DNA of 64,000 nt from Podarcis pityusensis. Taxonomy: Eukaryota. The stretch lies in assembly GCA_964106645.2 (NCBI GenBank), contig OZ067044.1. One strand, written 5' to 3'. Both the position numbers and the translations under genes were made by a program. The notes below the pieces were generated by a model. It saw only the letters and a program-made list of their open reading frames with translations. It made no database searches and had not been told where the DNA came from. Position 1 is the first letter of the stretch. Each line of letters begins with the position of its first letter. Shown here in pieces: positions 49,320 to 63,238 of the stretch.

Positions 49320-49504
49320 CAGGGGTAGTCAACCTTTTTATACCTACCGCCCACTAATGCATCTTTCTTGATGGGAAAATTTCTTTACTGCCCACCAATG
49401 CTTGATGGAAGGAGGATTCAACTTGTGCGGTGAACCCCCTACCGCCCACCTAGAATGCTGAAACATCCACTAGTGGGCGGTAGGGACCAGGTTGACAAGC
49501 CCTG
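49320..49504. mobile_element. hAT MITE with perfect 8-bp TSD
   Basis: TIRs caggggtagtcaacct / aggttgacaagccctg; TSD ATCTAACT; subterminal taccgcccac repeats. Confidence 0.9.
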
Positions 49505-49624
49505 ATCTAACTGATATATCCATTAAGAGGGCTGAGATTTAATTCAGGGAAATAGTGGAAGGGTTTAGTACAACAATAATGGAATTCCACCTTTGGGAGA
49601 AACAATAAAAAGAAAATATTAGCA

Positions 49625-49800
49625 TTCATCACTTGCTGTTTTAGGAAATTTCCCTTCTTCACATAGCACAGAGTTAAATTATGGAATTCTTTCACAATAT
49701 ATGGTGGTGGCCATCAATTCATAAAACTTTAAAGCAAGGGTTGGGCAAATTCATGGAGAATAATGCTATCAATGGCTACTAGTTCCAATAACTATGTGCT
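49625..49800 (+). mobile_element. CR1 LINE fragment (ORF2 C-terminus / 3' UTR)
   Basis: ttcttcacatagcacagagttaaattatggaattc...aaattcatggagaataatgctatcaatggctactag. Confidence 0.6.
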
Positions 49801-52800
49801 ATTTCCAGGATCAGTAGCCCACCCACCAAATACACAAACATGTATTTACAGGTAGCAGAGAGGAGAGTGCTGCTTCTATGTCCCCAACTGAAGCTTCCAT
49901 CAAAAAGTGGGGCAAAATTACACATAGCCCACCCACAGAGCTCGCAGCTCTCACAAGGGAGCACCCATGACCATTTTTTTTATTAAAAAAACCCCATACC
50001 CTTAAAAACAAAACAAAAAATCATGGCAAATTTTTCATCATCTCCTTGCAAAAAAAGTCCTTTAATATTAAAGCAATATATTATTCTATGTGGGAACATA
50101 TTTAACACTTTTGAAAAATGAGATTAGTGAAAAAAGTGCCACCAAGTAATCTCAGTGGGGGCAAATATACCTTTACACAGATTTCGTCCATGCATAAATT
50201 CTGACCTTTTTACTGAAATAGTCACTACTCGTTTTGAGTTCAGAATGCTGGATAACCAGCTGGTATAAATTAAAAGGAGCCTCATGGCACTGGCAGCAAC
50301 TGTAAATCAGACTCCACAGGTGCCAAGACAAACATGCTCATGTATACCAGCTGACCCTGTAGATCTTTAACTAAACCCACTTACTGTGCTTCAGAGAGTA
50401 CCACCACAATGAAGAGCTTCAGTGGCTTGCTATCATCACAATCCCAATATCTGCATTTAACAAGAAACAGGGAGGAGACTGCTTTCTTCAAGATGTCATA
50501 CTTTGCTAATTATTTAATTCAGTATGAAAGGTTCACTCAGAAATGTTCCATAGAGTTTAAGTTCTGATGCACTCAGTTCAGCCCTTGCACGATTCAGAAA
50601 TGAAGCAATAATTTTTATGGCTGTTTTTTAAGTAACTGGCAATAAACTGAATCTGAATAGATTATTATTTATATCCAAAGACACTTATTCCACCTCCTTA
50701 GTGTCACCCCATATTGCCTCTACTCAAAAATTTTGCCATTGTTTAAAATTGTCACTTTTTTCCTCTCAGTTTTACTCCATCCCTGATTGACTCAAACCTC
50801 TGCTGGTGTTTAAAACTGCCATTTTCCTCTACGTCCATCCTCCCTGATTTACTAAAACTTTTGCTGTTTAAACCACCACTTTCCCCATCAATATTCCTCT
50901 CTTCTCACGCCCATGCCATGGTCACTGGTGTTGTGCAACCTGCCTTCTTTGTTTGCTACCCAATACCTGACACCACTCTGACTTCATGTAAGTCCATGTT
51001 CGTTATGAGGTACTACGAATCTTCCAACAGGGGTTGCACAATGACAGTCTTACATTTTATATGAAGGTTTCATCAAATGTTTGTGAGTGCTAAGTTTTGT
51101 GGTATATAGTTTATCAAAAATAATAAAACCACATTACTTTTTCACAATGATCTGCCAAGGTATCCCTTATGTCAACTCAAATGTAGGTTTCCATTTATCA
51201 TTAAAACGGTGTACTCCTTTCTAAGCAGCAGAAATCATAACATGGGTTCATCAGTTCAGGAAACAGGTGGTCATGACTTGAGCAAAGATGATAACTCAAC
51301 ATGCAATCAGCCTACTAATTAGTAAGATAAGCTAGTAGATGTTTGGACTTTAAAGTGAACTATACACAAACCAGAAGAGCTCTTGATTAATTAATCCCTC
51401 ACACAATAGTCATTTCCACTTTCTCTCTCGTTGTACTTGCTATTTCAGTTAAGTCAGAAAAGGAGAAAGACATCAAAGAATTTTCTTGCCAAATACTTGT
51501 GCAGCTCACCTAAAATGCATAAGAACAACTCTGTTATGATTCCAAAACCACTAGAGATAAATTGATATGGGCATACATTTTTAAACTCATGACCCTTTCC
51601 TGCTCAGTGTATAGAAATGGCAGTGTTAGAAACTGAGATATTAAAGCTAGGAGCTAAATGGCACCTTAAACAACAGAATATTTAGGCGCACATTTTTATA
51701 AGAAGAATACAATTAATTACAGCTAAAATATTATGTTCATTTTTCACATGGTCCAGTCCTTCCCCTGCCCACCCCCTAATAATCTTAAGAGGGTCTCTTC
51801 TCCAGTCTTCAGAGGGTAGCTGGAAATGGGGAGGCAGAAAAAGGTCCTCCTTTCCTTCCACTGCAGTTTTACTCTGAAATCTTAGGCACAGTACTGCACC
51901 CAGAGCTCAGAAACTGCTTGCCCTAATGAATTTCCCTGTCGCAAAATGTGCCTAGAACAATGGGAGTTTCAAACACTGAGAAAGGGATGGGTTGTAACAG
52001 GAATACAACCTACAGAAGGAGTGCATTACACCAAATAATACCTGACTTTTTTTAAAAAAAGGTTGTGGACATCTAATCAGCGGCAAACCTGAAAAACGCC
52101 AGAGATTTATATGCTGAACAAGAACACAGCAGTGCATTCTTGCTAGCAATGCATTCTTGCTTGTAACTGACTAGCAAGTTTGAGGTTGAATACAAAGGTT
52201 TATTTGGAAAGTAACATGTGCATCATTTCCCAACGCAGAAATGCAGAGACGGGGAAAGATGCATCTGATGCACTTCTGCCAGTCATACAGCTTTTAATGA
52301 TATGGAGGGGGCTACGGGGAGGGGGCTACAGGGAGGGGAAGCAGTGAGTCAGCAATTAATGGTTGTAAAGTAATAAATAAATAACAACAGCAACACATTT
52401 TTATTTGTACCCCATAATCATAACAACAATAATAAATTATTTGTACCCCGGCCGGAGCCGGGCTCAGAGCGGCTAACATCATATAAGTAATACAATATGC
52501 TCGATTACTCGAACTTTTCATTGCACTTGAACCAGCAAGAGAACAAACTAAGCCACTACTCAGCAACTTCAAAAACAAACAAACAAACAGGGACCCTATT
52601 TTGAACAGAAGGAACACTTGAGGGCCAACAACATAGGCTGTCCAGGTCCACTCATGGGGGAGCCAAGATACAAAATAGCTCTGAGGCAGTGACTCCAATT
52701 GGACTTGAGTTTGGGGCCCAAACCCAGAGCCCCTAGTTCAGATGTCCACAAACTACCTAGAAACCAGCAGATGATGGATATAGGGAAGAGTGATGAGTCT

Positions 52801-53832
52801 TTTTAAGAAACTTTTGAAAGCAAGCCATCAGCTCATCTGCCACTGCCAGCCTGCTACCACATCATCCTCGGAGTTCACAGGTCAAATGCCCCTGAAAATT
52901 CGTCATTCCCATTGCCAGGGGGACTGCATGTGAAAAAATGGCTGACCCCCCAGGGCTTATAGGCAATGCCTTTTTGTTTTCTGCATGATAGCCATGGAAG
53001 CAGACACTAGTTTCCCAGGAGCACTTGAGGTTTTAAATTTCACTGTGCACAGTGTGACAGCCCCAAGCAATAGCAGCCAAGCTGTCAGACCCATGGCTCT
53101 CCTGGCTGCTTCCCAGCATGAGCACGTAGGCAATGACACACATCTGTTTTGCTAGAAAACAAAAATTGTGGAAGTAAGGCCTCCAGTTCCAATGGCTTTG
53201 AGGAAACATTCAGAGGGAAAACATTCCAGACTAATATAAGCAAAGTCATAATTTGGACATGATACTGCTGTGAAACCCATGAAAAATAACTTTTTATCCC
53301 ATTATTTTAGAAATGCATAGGCATTAAAGACTCTACCCCAATGCTGCTAATTGAAATGCTGTGGTTTTTATACAGCAGATGTGTTTTGCTTAGTGGTTTC
53401 TAGGATCACCGTGTAGAATTCAGTGGTGTTCGCTGTTTCGTGGCTAAGTGATGTTGATACAATGCACCCAAATCTCCACATCAATAGCACTATATAGTGG
53501 TTGTTCTCCAAGGCCTAATAGCAAAAAATGCTGTATTTTGTATTAGTGAATACACGCTTCAGTTTAAGTTGGCTCAACATAAACTGCTAATCCACTCACA
53601 AAGGGTGACAAAATGAGGACCTGGTTATTTTGAACAAGGCCTGTGACACTGTGCCCCAACACATTTTGCAAAGATTTCAATGAACAAAGAAAAATGTCAG
53701 CAAAGTATCATTGACTTAAAGTAGCTATTAAATGTGGCCACCTGCTGATGTGAGGGTGTTGGTTGCAAACGTTTGCAGATGCAATTGGGTCTCATTGACC
53801 CCAAAAGCAGGATTAGCAAACTTTCCACAGTG

Positions 53833-53913
53833 TGTTGTTGTTGTTGCTTAGTCGTGTCCGACTCTTCGTGACCCCATGGACCAGAGCACGCCAGGCACTC
53901 CTGTCTTCCACTG
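53833..53913 (-). mobile_element. Bov-B extreme 3' fragment
   Basis: Reverse complement of the Bov-B terminus with a (CAA)n tail. Confidence 0.9.
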
Positions 53914-56104
53914 TAGGTATGATGAAAAAACACAGTCTTGCTTAGTAACAAGGAAGGTTTCAACAGGGACAAAATGTTCACCCAATTCAGATCCATACAG
54001 GGTTTTCTTTTTTCTTTGTTGTAAATCTGGGGAATACTATTGATCCTTGATGCTGCTTGTGGTATTGTTGAGGGAGGCATAAGGTATTAGAATAATACAC
54101 AAAACATTAGTTTTTCACCCTCTATATGCCTTTCTCACAGGAAAGGGACATAACAAACAGACAAATAACAAACAATTTTAAACAGAATCTTGCAAGGTCA
54201 ATTTATTGTTTTTCAGTTCTCTCAGTCATTCCAACTGGGGATAGAATTGAGTCCAAAGACCATAAGAGCAACAAATAATAATTTGTCACAAAATTAAGGA
54301 ACTGGGGGGTGGGGGTGTCGTGAGTTACCACACTGCAATTCACACCTCATCATGGAGGTGCTGTGAAACATGGGAATTGTGGAAGACTGACACACACAAA
54401 ATTTCCCCTATTTAAAAAGATACCAAGAGCATGCTCCTGAGATCCAACCATCTCTCACTTCCAACAGTTAGGGCAAAGAATATTGACAGGAAGGTCAGAA
54501 AATAGCAGCTTCTAGAGCTCTATTTTTATCCTGTCATTTATATCCAAGTGCCTACTGCAAATCTACTCAAAAGGATTCATGCATGAAAAGAAACCCAACC
54601 AAAGGCTGCATCCAGACTATGGCTTCATGAAACACATACCTAATCCCTGGCAAGTCAGCTGTGATGCTTACATGAATATATAATGGTGACTATGTAGATA
54701 TGGGGGTCAATAGACAGAGAGCACTGCTTTTTCACTCAGACAATTTTCTGAACCTTCACACAAGTATATATCTTGTTTATGCAGGAGAATGAAAACAAAA
54801 CCATGTGCTCTTTTTTTAAGTGGTGGTTTTTTAAAAAAATGTGAAAAAGGCACATCATCAAGTTTATAAATAGGCAAAATCAATCTCAGCACTTAAATTA
54901 TTCCTGGAATGTGCTGGAAGAACTATCCTTATTTCTAAAGTCAAGGTAAATTATGGATTAGTATTTTGAAAACAATAGTAAATGAGACTAAGGCAAATCA
55001 GTCCCTTTGAATTTACTTCCGTGTGCATATATCTAAGATAATGTTGTAAATAATAGATCCAATTTTAATTTTGTGAATGTGGATGTAAGCATTCCAGTAC
55101 TGTATCATGTTTGCTTTCTAGCCAAATAATGTGCTAAAGCACAACAAGAAAGCAAGTGCAGTCATAACACTGAAGAGCAAACTGTCCTAATTGGTTTCAT
55201 CAAGGCCAGTATCAGCACTAGGCATCCTTAGACAGATGTCAGAGTCCCAGCACTGCCCATCAGTTAGACCGGATGGCCTGCCACACCAAGCAGTACTGCA
55301 TGGATAGGTCTAGCCACCATTTTAATTTTCACAATGCTCTCGGTGTAGCATTGTCAAAAGTACACCTGAAATGGTACAAGCTGAAATAATCCCAAGATTC
55401 TGCATCACCACCAGGAAAGCTTGCATGCATCCAACAGCAGAAGAGATGGCCCACCACTTTGTCCACAGCCCCCTAAACATTTGGAGCGGCACTAAATCTC
55501 AATAATATAACACAAGAAAAGGAATATTGAACTTCTGTTAAGTAGAAATAAATGGAAATAAAAACCATGTTATGCAAAAACATGTGAAACATCTTTGTGC
55601 TGTGGAAGGAAGGCTGTCTAATGAAGTGTTGCTAACTTTACAATATCACAATGAAAATTGCAGCAGGTAAAGGCATACACACACACTATACTTTATTGAT
55701 TAAGCCTACATGCTTCTTCAAAGCGCTAAACAATGAAAAACAAACATGCAATAGTTTAATCTATTTCAATACTAACTAAACCACCGCTGTTCACTGCCCA
55801 CCATCATTCACTGTAATAATCCACTGCGACTGCTATGTATTTTCCATTGTTTGTCCCCTTGAAATTTTAAGCTGGATAAACAGCGACAGTTTAATTTCCA
55901 TGTGGACAACCAGATACTTCTGCATAGTACAACATACCACCTTCAATACCTTCAATACTTTTTGGGGAAAAAATGTCTAAGCTTAGTGGACGGAAACCAA
56001 AAGAAGTAGCTCATCTGTTGGTTAATAAAGAGGGGCAGAACTGATTCCAAAATAAGTATATTCAGCAAGAGTCCAAAAGAGAGAGACACACCCACACACC
56101 CACA

Positions 56105-56106
<2 letters not shown>

Positions 56107-56148
<42 letters not shown>
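56107..56148. repeat. (TA)n microsatellite
   Basis: Direct reading. Confidence 0.95.
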
Positions 56149-56152
<4 letters not shown>

Positions 56153-56813
56153 TGGAGGTAGGGCCTGAGGTATAAAAAGGAGAGACACAAAATTGAGATT
56201 GATTATTACTAACAACATCCTGGCAGCTAGATGGAAGTCATATTCCCTGAGGCTTTTATAACTAGACAAGACACAGCACCAGAAAATGTACTGTAGGGGA
56301 AATAAAAAGTCTTGCATCAACAGCAAAGACATATTGGATTATCGGATTGGTTTTGCCTATTTTTGGACTGCTTTAAATCTACAATAAGCTCTAAAAGGAA
56401 AATTATGGTATTTCATGGATTCCTAGACAGAAACATCAGTATGTCAGCATGATTGATGTGGTAGATTCTGTCAGTCAATAAAGTCTCAGTGGCAAACTAG
56501 TAAACATCTAGAAATCATATGCTCTAAATAATTTAACACTGGTTTAGTAGATCTGCCCTAATCTACATCAAAAGGAAAAGCCTACTTCTAATGGAATTTA
56601 AACAGGTTGCAGCATATAGATGAACTGTGAAAGCAACACATTTCAGGCATATGCGAGTGGGATTTCAAAGATAGGCATGACAAGGAAGAAAGACATAAGG
56701 ACAACACAGCCTGGTGCAGTTACAAAAATAGGAGATTTTATCCAATTGGTACATTGTCTCAGTTCACACATAATGCCAACCTAAACTGTGGTCTAACGTA
56801 AATTAGCAAGTGT

Positions 56814-56879
56814 TGTTGTTGTTTAGTCGTTTAGTCGTGTCCGACTCTTCGTGACCCCATGGGCCAGAGAACGCCAGCC
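56814..56879 (-). mobile_element. Bov-B extreme 3' fragment with 12-bp TSD
   Basis: TSD ATTAGCAAGTGT at 56802-56813 and 56880-56891. Confidence 0.92.
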
Positions 56880-58916
56880 ATTAGCAAGTGTACTGGTGCA
56901 CATTTACAATAATAAGCATACATAAATCATATGTTACAAACCGATAATAAAGACACCTGTGAAAGAGCCCATCAATTATAAAAATTAAAATTTATATGGT
57001 TTTCACTACAAAAGGTAATTGCCTCAGCTACATATTGTAGCTACATTATCAGCTACATATTGAATACATGTTGTGTTTAGTGCTCCGGCAATCCTATACT
57101 GGTGTGTAGTCTCTTCAGGTCTCCCAACTAATATCTTTATCAATCCATTTTGTACAAATGACAAAGGACAGAAAAGCTTATGACAGTTTCTCAAAGAATG
57201 TTACACCATAGTTTAATTACAAACACGGGGAACTCTGGCTAGTATAAACTATGTGTTGTGCCAACATGCTACACTTGTTTGCTCAAACCATAGCCAGGGT
57301 TTTCCCAGTTCAGATAGAAGCAGATGCTTCTTATCTCACCCTTGTTACCATGAAAGTCTGCAGATCACTGCTGCTCATGTATATATGTCAATAAACTATA
57401 GTGTATCAATGTACCAAATGATACATCAATATCTAAGGTTACACAGCACTTTTTATGCAAAAAATCGTAAGCTTTCTGCATATATGTTATTTAGATTTTG
57501 CATTAATGACACCACCTAGCCTATAAAATCAGAAAACTAATATTGAATCAGATAAGCATACAAGTCATCACAATCACATCTCTATGCAAAAATATATTGA
57601 GAAGCTTTGAGTATTTAACTTAGATATTCAACTGAAGCTTGAAGAATATTACATCTGTAACTTAATTTGCTGAACAAGCCAACTGACAGAAAGCATTTTT
57701 AAAAAACCTAAGCTATAGGGTAAACTTTGATAAAAAAAACATTACTTTGTCATCACTTTCTAATTTAGGCCCATAATATAGCTTGTTACATCAAAATTAA
57801 CAAGCCACGAAAACATGTGACTCATGTTCAGAAGTATATGTAATATCTCAGCCTTGTAGAATGACATGTAAACAAGTGTGAAAGTTCTGTCCGATAAGCT
57901 TGCATGCTGCTTCAAGAGACAATATGGATTAATAAAAGTCCTTGCTATTAATGCGACATGGACTAAACAAGAAACCTTTAGGGCTGCAGCAACTATCCTC
58001 TGTTAATGCTGTATGAAGTTTTACTCTATTTTCACTTCACACCATAATTGTTTGTCCCACAACCAAAAGTAAACTGGGTCATATATTTCACGTACACTAG
58101 AGGATGAGAGAGAGAGATTATTAAAGAATCGTAGAAAGCCACTTAACTACTCAATAACAGTTTTAAAATAAAAAAGAATTCATACAAGAGCAAAATGCAT
58201 GCAAAAGACTTTTAACATGAAATTAAGAGCAATCGTTACACATCCCCTCTAAAAAACAACTTCATTATTACTGAAAACTGGATAGAGCATTGATTTGGAT
58301 GTGGAACTCCAAGTATAAACCTCTACTTACATTAAGCAGGTGAGGTTCAAGGCAATCTCACTAAACAACTAGTCTTTCTTAATGCTTTAAAGAAAGGTGG
58401 ATTTCACCAGACTTTTGAAGTCTATGTGCCTTTTTAAGTACATGTTTGAGACCTATTTCAATCTCATACAGCTCATGCCACCCCCCACCCCAAACCACAT
58501 GCAGCTCAACAACCAGGTATTATTGCTTAGAAAGTACACTGGTCTGTTTGTTGATCAAGCACACAACAGGCCACAATACAATACAGGAACAAAGGAATAC
58601 CATGCTGTGCAAGCCTTCCCTAGCTCCTAATAGCAGCAACAATGGCAATCAAAAAGACTTGATCATACAAGTCTTGCCAACATGCCAACTTCACCATGGC
58701 ATGTTTCACTAAGTCAAACACACACATGATAATAATGATGATGATGATGATGATGTTTTAGCTTAAACAAAGCCAAGACAGGCAGTTCCCCCTGCCTTTG
58801 GGCAGGTAAAAAGGAAAGAAAGGAAAGGTTTCTTCCAGGGGAAAGGAGGAAAACAGGCACAAGCTCTGGCTGCAGTACATGTTAGCCTATAGGCACGAAA
58901 TATTTGCAAGGAGTGC

Positions 58917-59242
58917 CAGGGGCATAGGAAGGGGGTGCGGGCTGCCCCGGGTTTAATCCTGAAGGGGGGTGACATTCGGCGCGCACCCCCCACCTGTGAC
59001 TCCCCCAAGCCCAGCAAGCGGGCAAAGTGGTGAAGCAGCTGCTGCGGCTCTCCCCCTTCCCCCAGCTCACTGTAGGCTTGGAAGTCACGGGGGGACACGC
59101 TGAATGTCAACCCCCTTCAGCCTTAAGAGGGGTGACATTCAGCGCCCCCCACACCGAGATCGGCCCCCGGGGAGGATCGCCCCGCCCCAGGTGTACAGCA
59201 TGTGTGCCGTTCCGGGTGCTGGAGCACCCAGCTCCGCCACTG
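58917..59242. mobile_element. GC-rich hAT MITE with perfect 8-bp TSD
   Basis: Ends caggggcatag / ctccgccactg; TSD AGGAGTGC; internal ggggtgacattc direct and inverted repeats. Confidence 0.85.
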
Positions 59243-59513
59243 AGGAGTGCATGTCTCCTTTCTCATACAACCACACACACACTTCAGGTTATGTGCTATC
59301 TGAGTGAAGAGGAACAGGTGGCACATTTTCAGCACTCTGTCTCCTAGTCCGTTCACTATACACAATCTGGAGATAAAATATGCTTTTCTTTCAACAATTA
59401 TGAAGGCCTACTTCAGTCTGAAATCTCTTGGAGAACTAGATAATGTTAAGAAACTAGGGTTGACAAAGTTGAGATGTTTTAAGGAAATTCACCAAAATCT
59501 ACACTTCCAACAT

Positions 59514-59627
59514 GGGCTGCCATACATATAGATTTTCACCGACATTTCAGCGATTTTTGCTCGGACACTGTTTCCGATGGCCGAATCCCAGCTGTGTCCA
59601 GGAAACTCCAGGCGTTTGGCAACCCTT
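59514..59627. mobile_element. Short MITE with gggttgcca-type TIRs (hAT-Blackjack-like)
   Basis: gggctgccatac ... gtttggcaaccct. Confidence 0.5.
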
Positions 59628-61008
59628 TCAGAAACTATTACAACCACACGAAGCTGTCCTACATGCTCTATTCACACTTAGACAGAAGTGTCAAAATGCA
59701 GTTTGTCAACACATTTTTTCTAAGCAAACATTTGTTAATGTCATACAGTAGAAATAACATTCTTATAGCCTTAGAGAGCTATGCAACCATGTGTGAACAT
59801 GTTCAGAAAGGTGATTAGGTTACCTACAAATGCAGCACCCCTATAAACCAAACAGAAAAATATTTAAGAGAGAACAATTTCCAGTAGCTTGCTGAGTCGA
59901 TACATCAGAAGGAAAAATATCCCATACACCTTGGGGGAAATTCCGTATCTAAAACCTAACATTGATTGACTGACTCTCCATTGGCATGCTTATGGCAGCT
60001 AATAAATCACCATGGCAGCTAATAAATAATGACAACAAACAAATAAATAAGAAATTATAGCAGTTGGTCTTGCCGGAGCAGTACATGCAATTTCTAACAT
60101 TCTCCTGAGTTTCTTATTTCTTACTGCATTTGCATAATATGACTTGGGTAAGAGGATTGTCTATTTAATGGTACTATTATCATTAATAAACTTATTGATT
60201 TATGTACCACTTAATGCCAAAACAGGCTCCTAAGCGGTTCACAAAATATAAAAACCAGTTGCACAAACATTATAAATATGTTGACTGAAGAGCCGAGTCC
60301 TCTTTTGTAAATAAATCCAAAAATCCTGTAACATTTGGATATTTAAAATAAATACCTATATGTGTATGTACTGTATACTTTGGGTCTGGTTACACAAAGA
60401 ATGCTGTTCATTTTTGATAATACACCTCTGAAAGTTATTGGATGTGACAAAATTCCTTCATAAAGTAGTACATATGACAACACTTTGTAAAACTTTTATA
60501 AAATGGCTGATTTGAAGTAATGGGAGGCAGATATTTTCTACCATTCCATTTAATCAGCGACACATTGAAAAGAAAACATGGCATCCCTTGAAAAACATTA
60601 TGTTCAAAAATATTAAAATCTCCAAGTACTATAATTGTTTGAATTTTCCATGCAACACTCAATGCCCACTGCATAGCAGTCAATTGCCTATTTCTTTTAT
60701 GCAGAAATTGCCATGATTTATTGTTGTCATTCATACTGTATTTATAAATACATGTTGCATACGTGCACATGTGTGTACATGCACACAGGGGCACCCACCC
60801 ACCCAGTTTATGTCGTAGGTGGGAACCTGTGGTTCTCTATATGTTGTTGGGTAACAATTCCCATCAGTCTCATCCCCAGCCAGCGTAACCAATGACGATC
60901 ATAGAAATTGGGAGTCCAATGACATTTGAATAACCAGTTTCCTACCGATAGTATATGCAGTGTAACCATTCTTAGTGACCATAACAAGTGCAATCAACAA
61001 TAGTGCAA

Positions 61009-61104
61009 TTCTTCTTCTTCTTCAGCAATCACTCGTAGCCAAGTAAGATTGTCTTCCATAAACACGGTTTTAACAATGAGTCCGTAAGTAACTGTGGAGG
61101 CCAA
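61009..61104 (-). mobile_element. RTE LINE 3' end with (GAA)n tail
   Basis: Minus strand encodes GLHSYLRTHC* (end of a C2H2 finger), then a short UTR and GAA repeats. Confidence 0.75.
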
Positions 61105-62699
61105 CAGAAGCAGCTTATTGTATAATCTTTAAATTTTCTTTATAACCACAACATCATGAATAACTTTATTTTCCTTACTTGTGATGGACAGATTTTCAAA
61201 ATATATTTGAAATAAAACAGGAGATACTGAGGAAGCTTGCCGGCTCCTCTGTATAATACTATGTGTTCCAGTATTTCACCATTAATTTGTGTCCCAGCTG
61301 AAGGAGCTTTATAGCTGCTTATACTTCTAGTATTTTCAGCAAACTGTTGGCACACCAGTTTGTACAAGTGCTATAGCGTTACTGTTTGCTTTTTTACAAA
61401 GAAGCTGGTACCCAAGCAATGTTGTCAATTAACCATGACAGCAAAATACATATGCTACATAATGAAAAAAATTGACAGCTCTACTGATAACTGTTACTCA
61501 GCAGATATGCAGAAATGAACTGTATTAGTCTTTATACTGCCAACACAATAATTTAAGCATAGTAAAAAAAAAAAGTTTATCTGCCTAAAAAGATGAGACA
61601 GGACTGAATTAGCCACGGCATAGCAAGCAACTATGGGAAAAAATCACTTGGATGCACTTTAATGCACTCACTTTTTTACTCCATCAATACAACAATCTCT
61701 CAGCTTTCAAAACAAAAACAGAATCAACCTAAAAAGGTAATACACAGACAGATATGAAATCATAGCTGTTGCTGAGCTTGCCCATTTTGCCCTTGTCCTT
61801 AAAAGAAAGTGCATTGCAGGGACAACTAATATGTGAAAAGGTTCCCGGTAGGTAGGAAATAAATCCCTGCCCTGGCATGGCTGATCAAGGCTTACATTTA
61901 CACTAGGGCTCATCCCCACTCAGCCTGCAGCAACTGGTTTCAATACCCAGATTCAGTCAGGGAACAGCTGAAGAAAGAAAGCACAAGATGCTTCTGATTG
62001 TGTTCATCATATAGCTTGCATTCAACATAACAACATGGTAGGTGAGTACAATGTAAGGTTAGAAAGCATCCTCACACACTGAATGTACGTGTGGAGGGGA
62101 GTTGCTTGAATATCCTGAAAGATGTATGCCACTGGAAGATTTAAAAAATAGGAAACTTCTTTCTGACCAATCTTTCTTCCTATGTTTACAAGATGTTTGT
62201 GTGTAGACATTCAGTTACAACTGTCACTCAGATGTGCAAAGAAAAAGCCTCTTTTTAGTGAATAAAATAAATTATAAGACTCTAAAAGACAATCTAAATC
62301 CTTGTTCTTATTGCAGAACGTTATCACATACTCTGTTTGCAGTGGTTCCTGGCACTTCATTCATTTTTCATGGCTGCTTGTTAATATATATTTGTTCCTT
62401 TGAGAGCTTGCAAAAAGTGATGCACTTAGTTGTAAACACTAAACAACATTTGGATTATTTAATTTTAAATACAACAAAATGGTATTATCTAGCATTCTAC
62501 CTTACCAGGGTGTGTTACTATAGCTGAAATACAAAAATCATGATAGTCGTGTCAACTTTGGGGTGGGGGTGGGGGTGGGGGGAGAATCAGACAATCTGTC
62601 TGAAATGAAGTAATAAAGCTTTTATGTAACTGCTGCCCCAGAAATCAAAGTGTTTCTGTGATAAATAGAGGCACCTCTAAAAAGCAGAGACCTATCAAG

Positions 62700-63238
62700 A
62701 AAAAGTATAAAGTGATGCATCTTGGGGCAAAAAAATATCAATTTCACATATCCACTTATGGGGTCTGTATGGACTAGGAAGGAGAGCTTGGGCCAGAGGT
62801 CAGGAACCTAAGGCCCATGGGCCGGAAGCAGCCCGCAGAGGTTGTTTGACTGGTCCACGAGCTGCCCCTGAACTGAGCAGCCTGCTTGCGTGCTGCACTA
62901 AACCAGCACGGCGCGGGGACTTGCTTCTGCAGCGCCGAAAATCACACCTGCGCAGACACAGACGCCGAAAATTGCACACGCGATCCAGCCCACAGAGGGA
63001 TCTCTGCGGGACCAATCCGGCCCATGCTAGATAAACCTTGCTGACCCCTAGCTTGGACAGCTCAATGGAGATGTTGACTCAGTGTGCAGCAGCTGTGAAA
63101 AAAGGCAAATTCCATGCCAGGGATCATTAGGAAAGGCATTAAAAGTAAAGCTGCTGATATAAGACTGTTATACAAATCTGTGGTACAACCACATTTGGAA
63201 CACTGTGTATGGTTCTAGTCTCCTCACCTCAAAAAGGA
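62700..63238 (+). mobile_element. CR1 LINE ORF2 fragment, interrupted by a hAT MITE
   Basis: Degenerate KVMHLGAK...TQCAAAVKKANS..GIIRKGI...LYKSVVQPHLEHCVWF.SPHLKK. Confidence 0.85.
62794..63050. mobile_element. hAT MITE nested in CR1
   Basis: Ends cagaggtcagga / ttgctgacccta; TSD gcttgggc/gcttggac (7/8). Confidence 0.85.
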
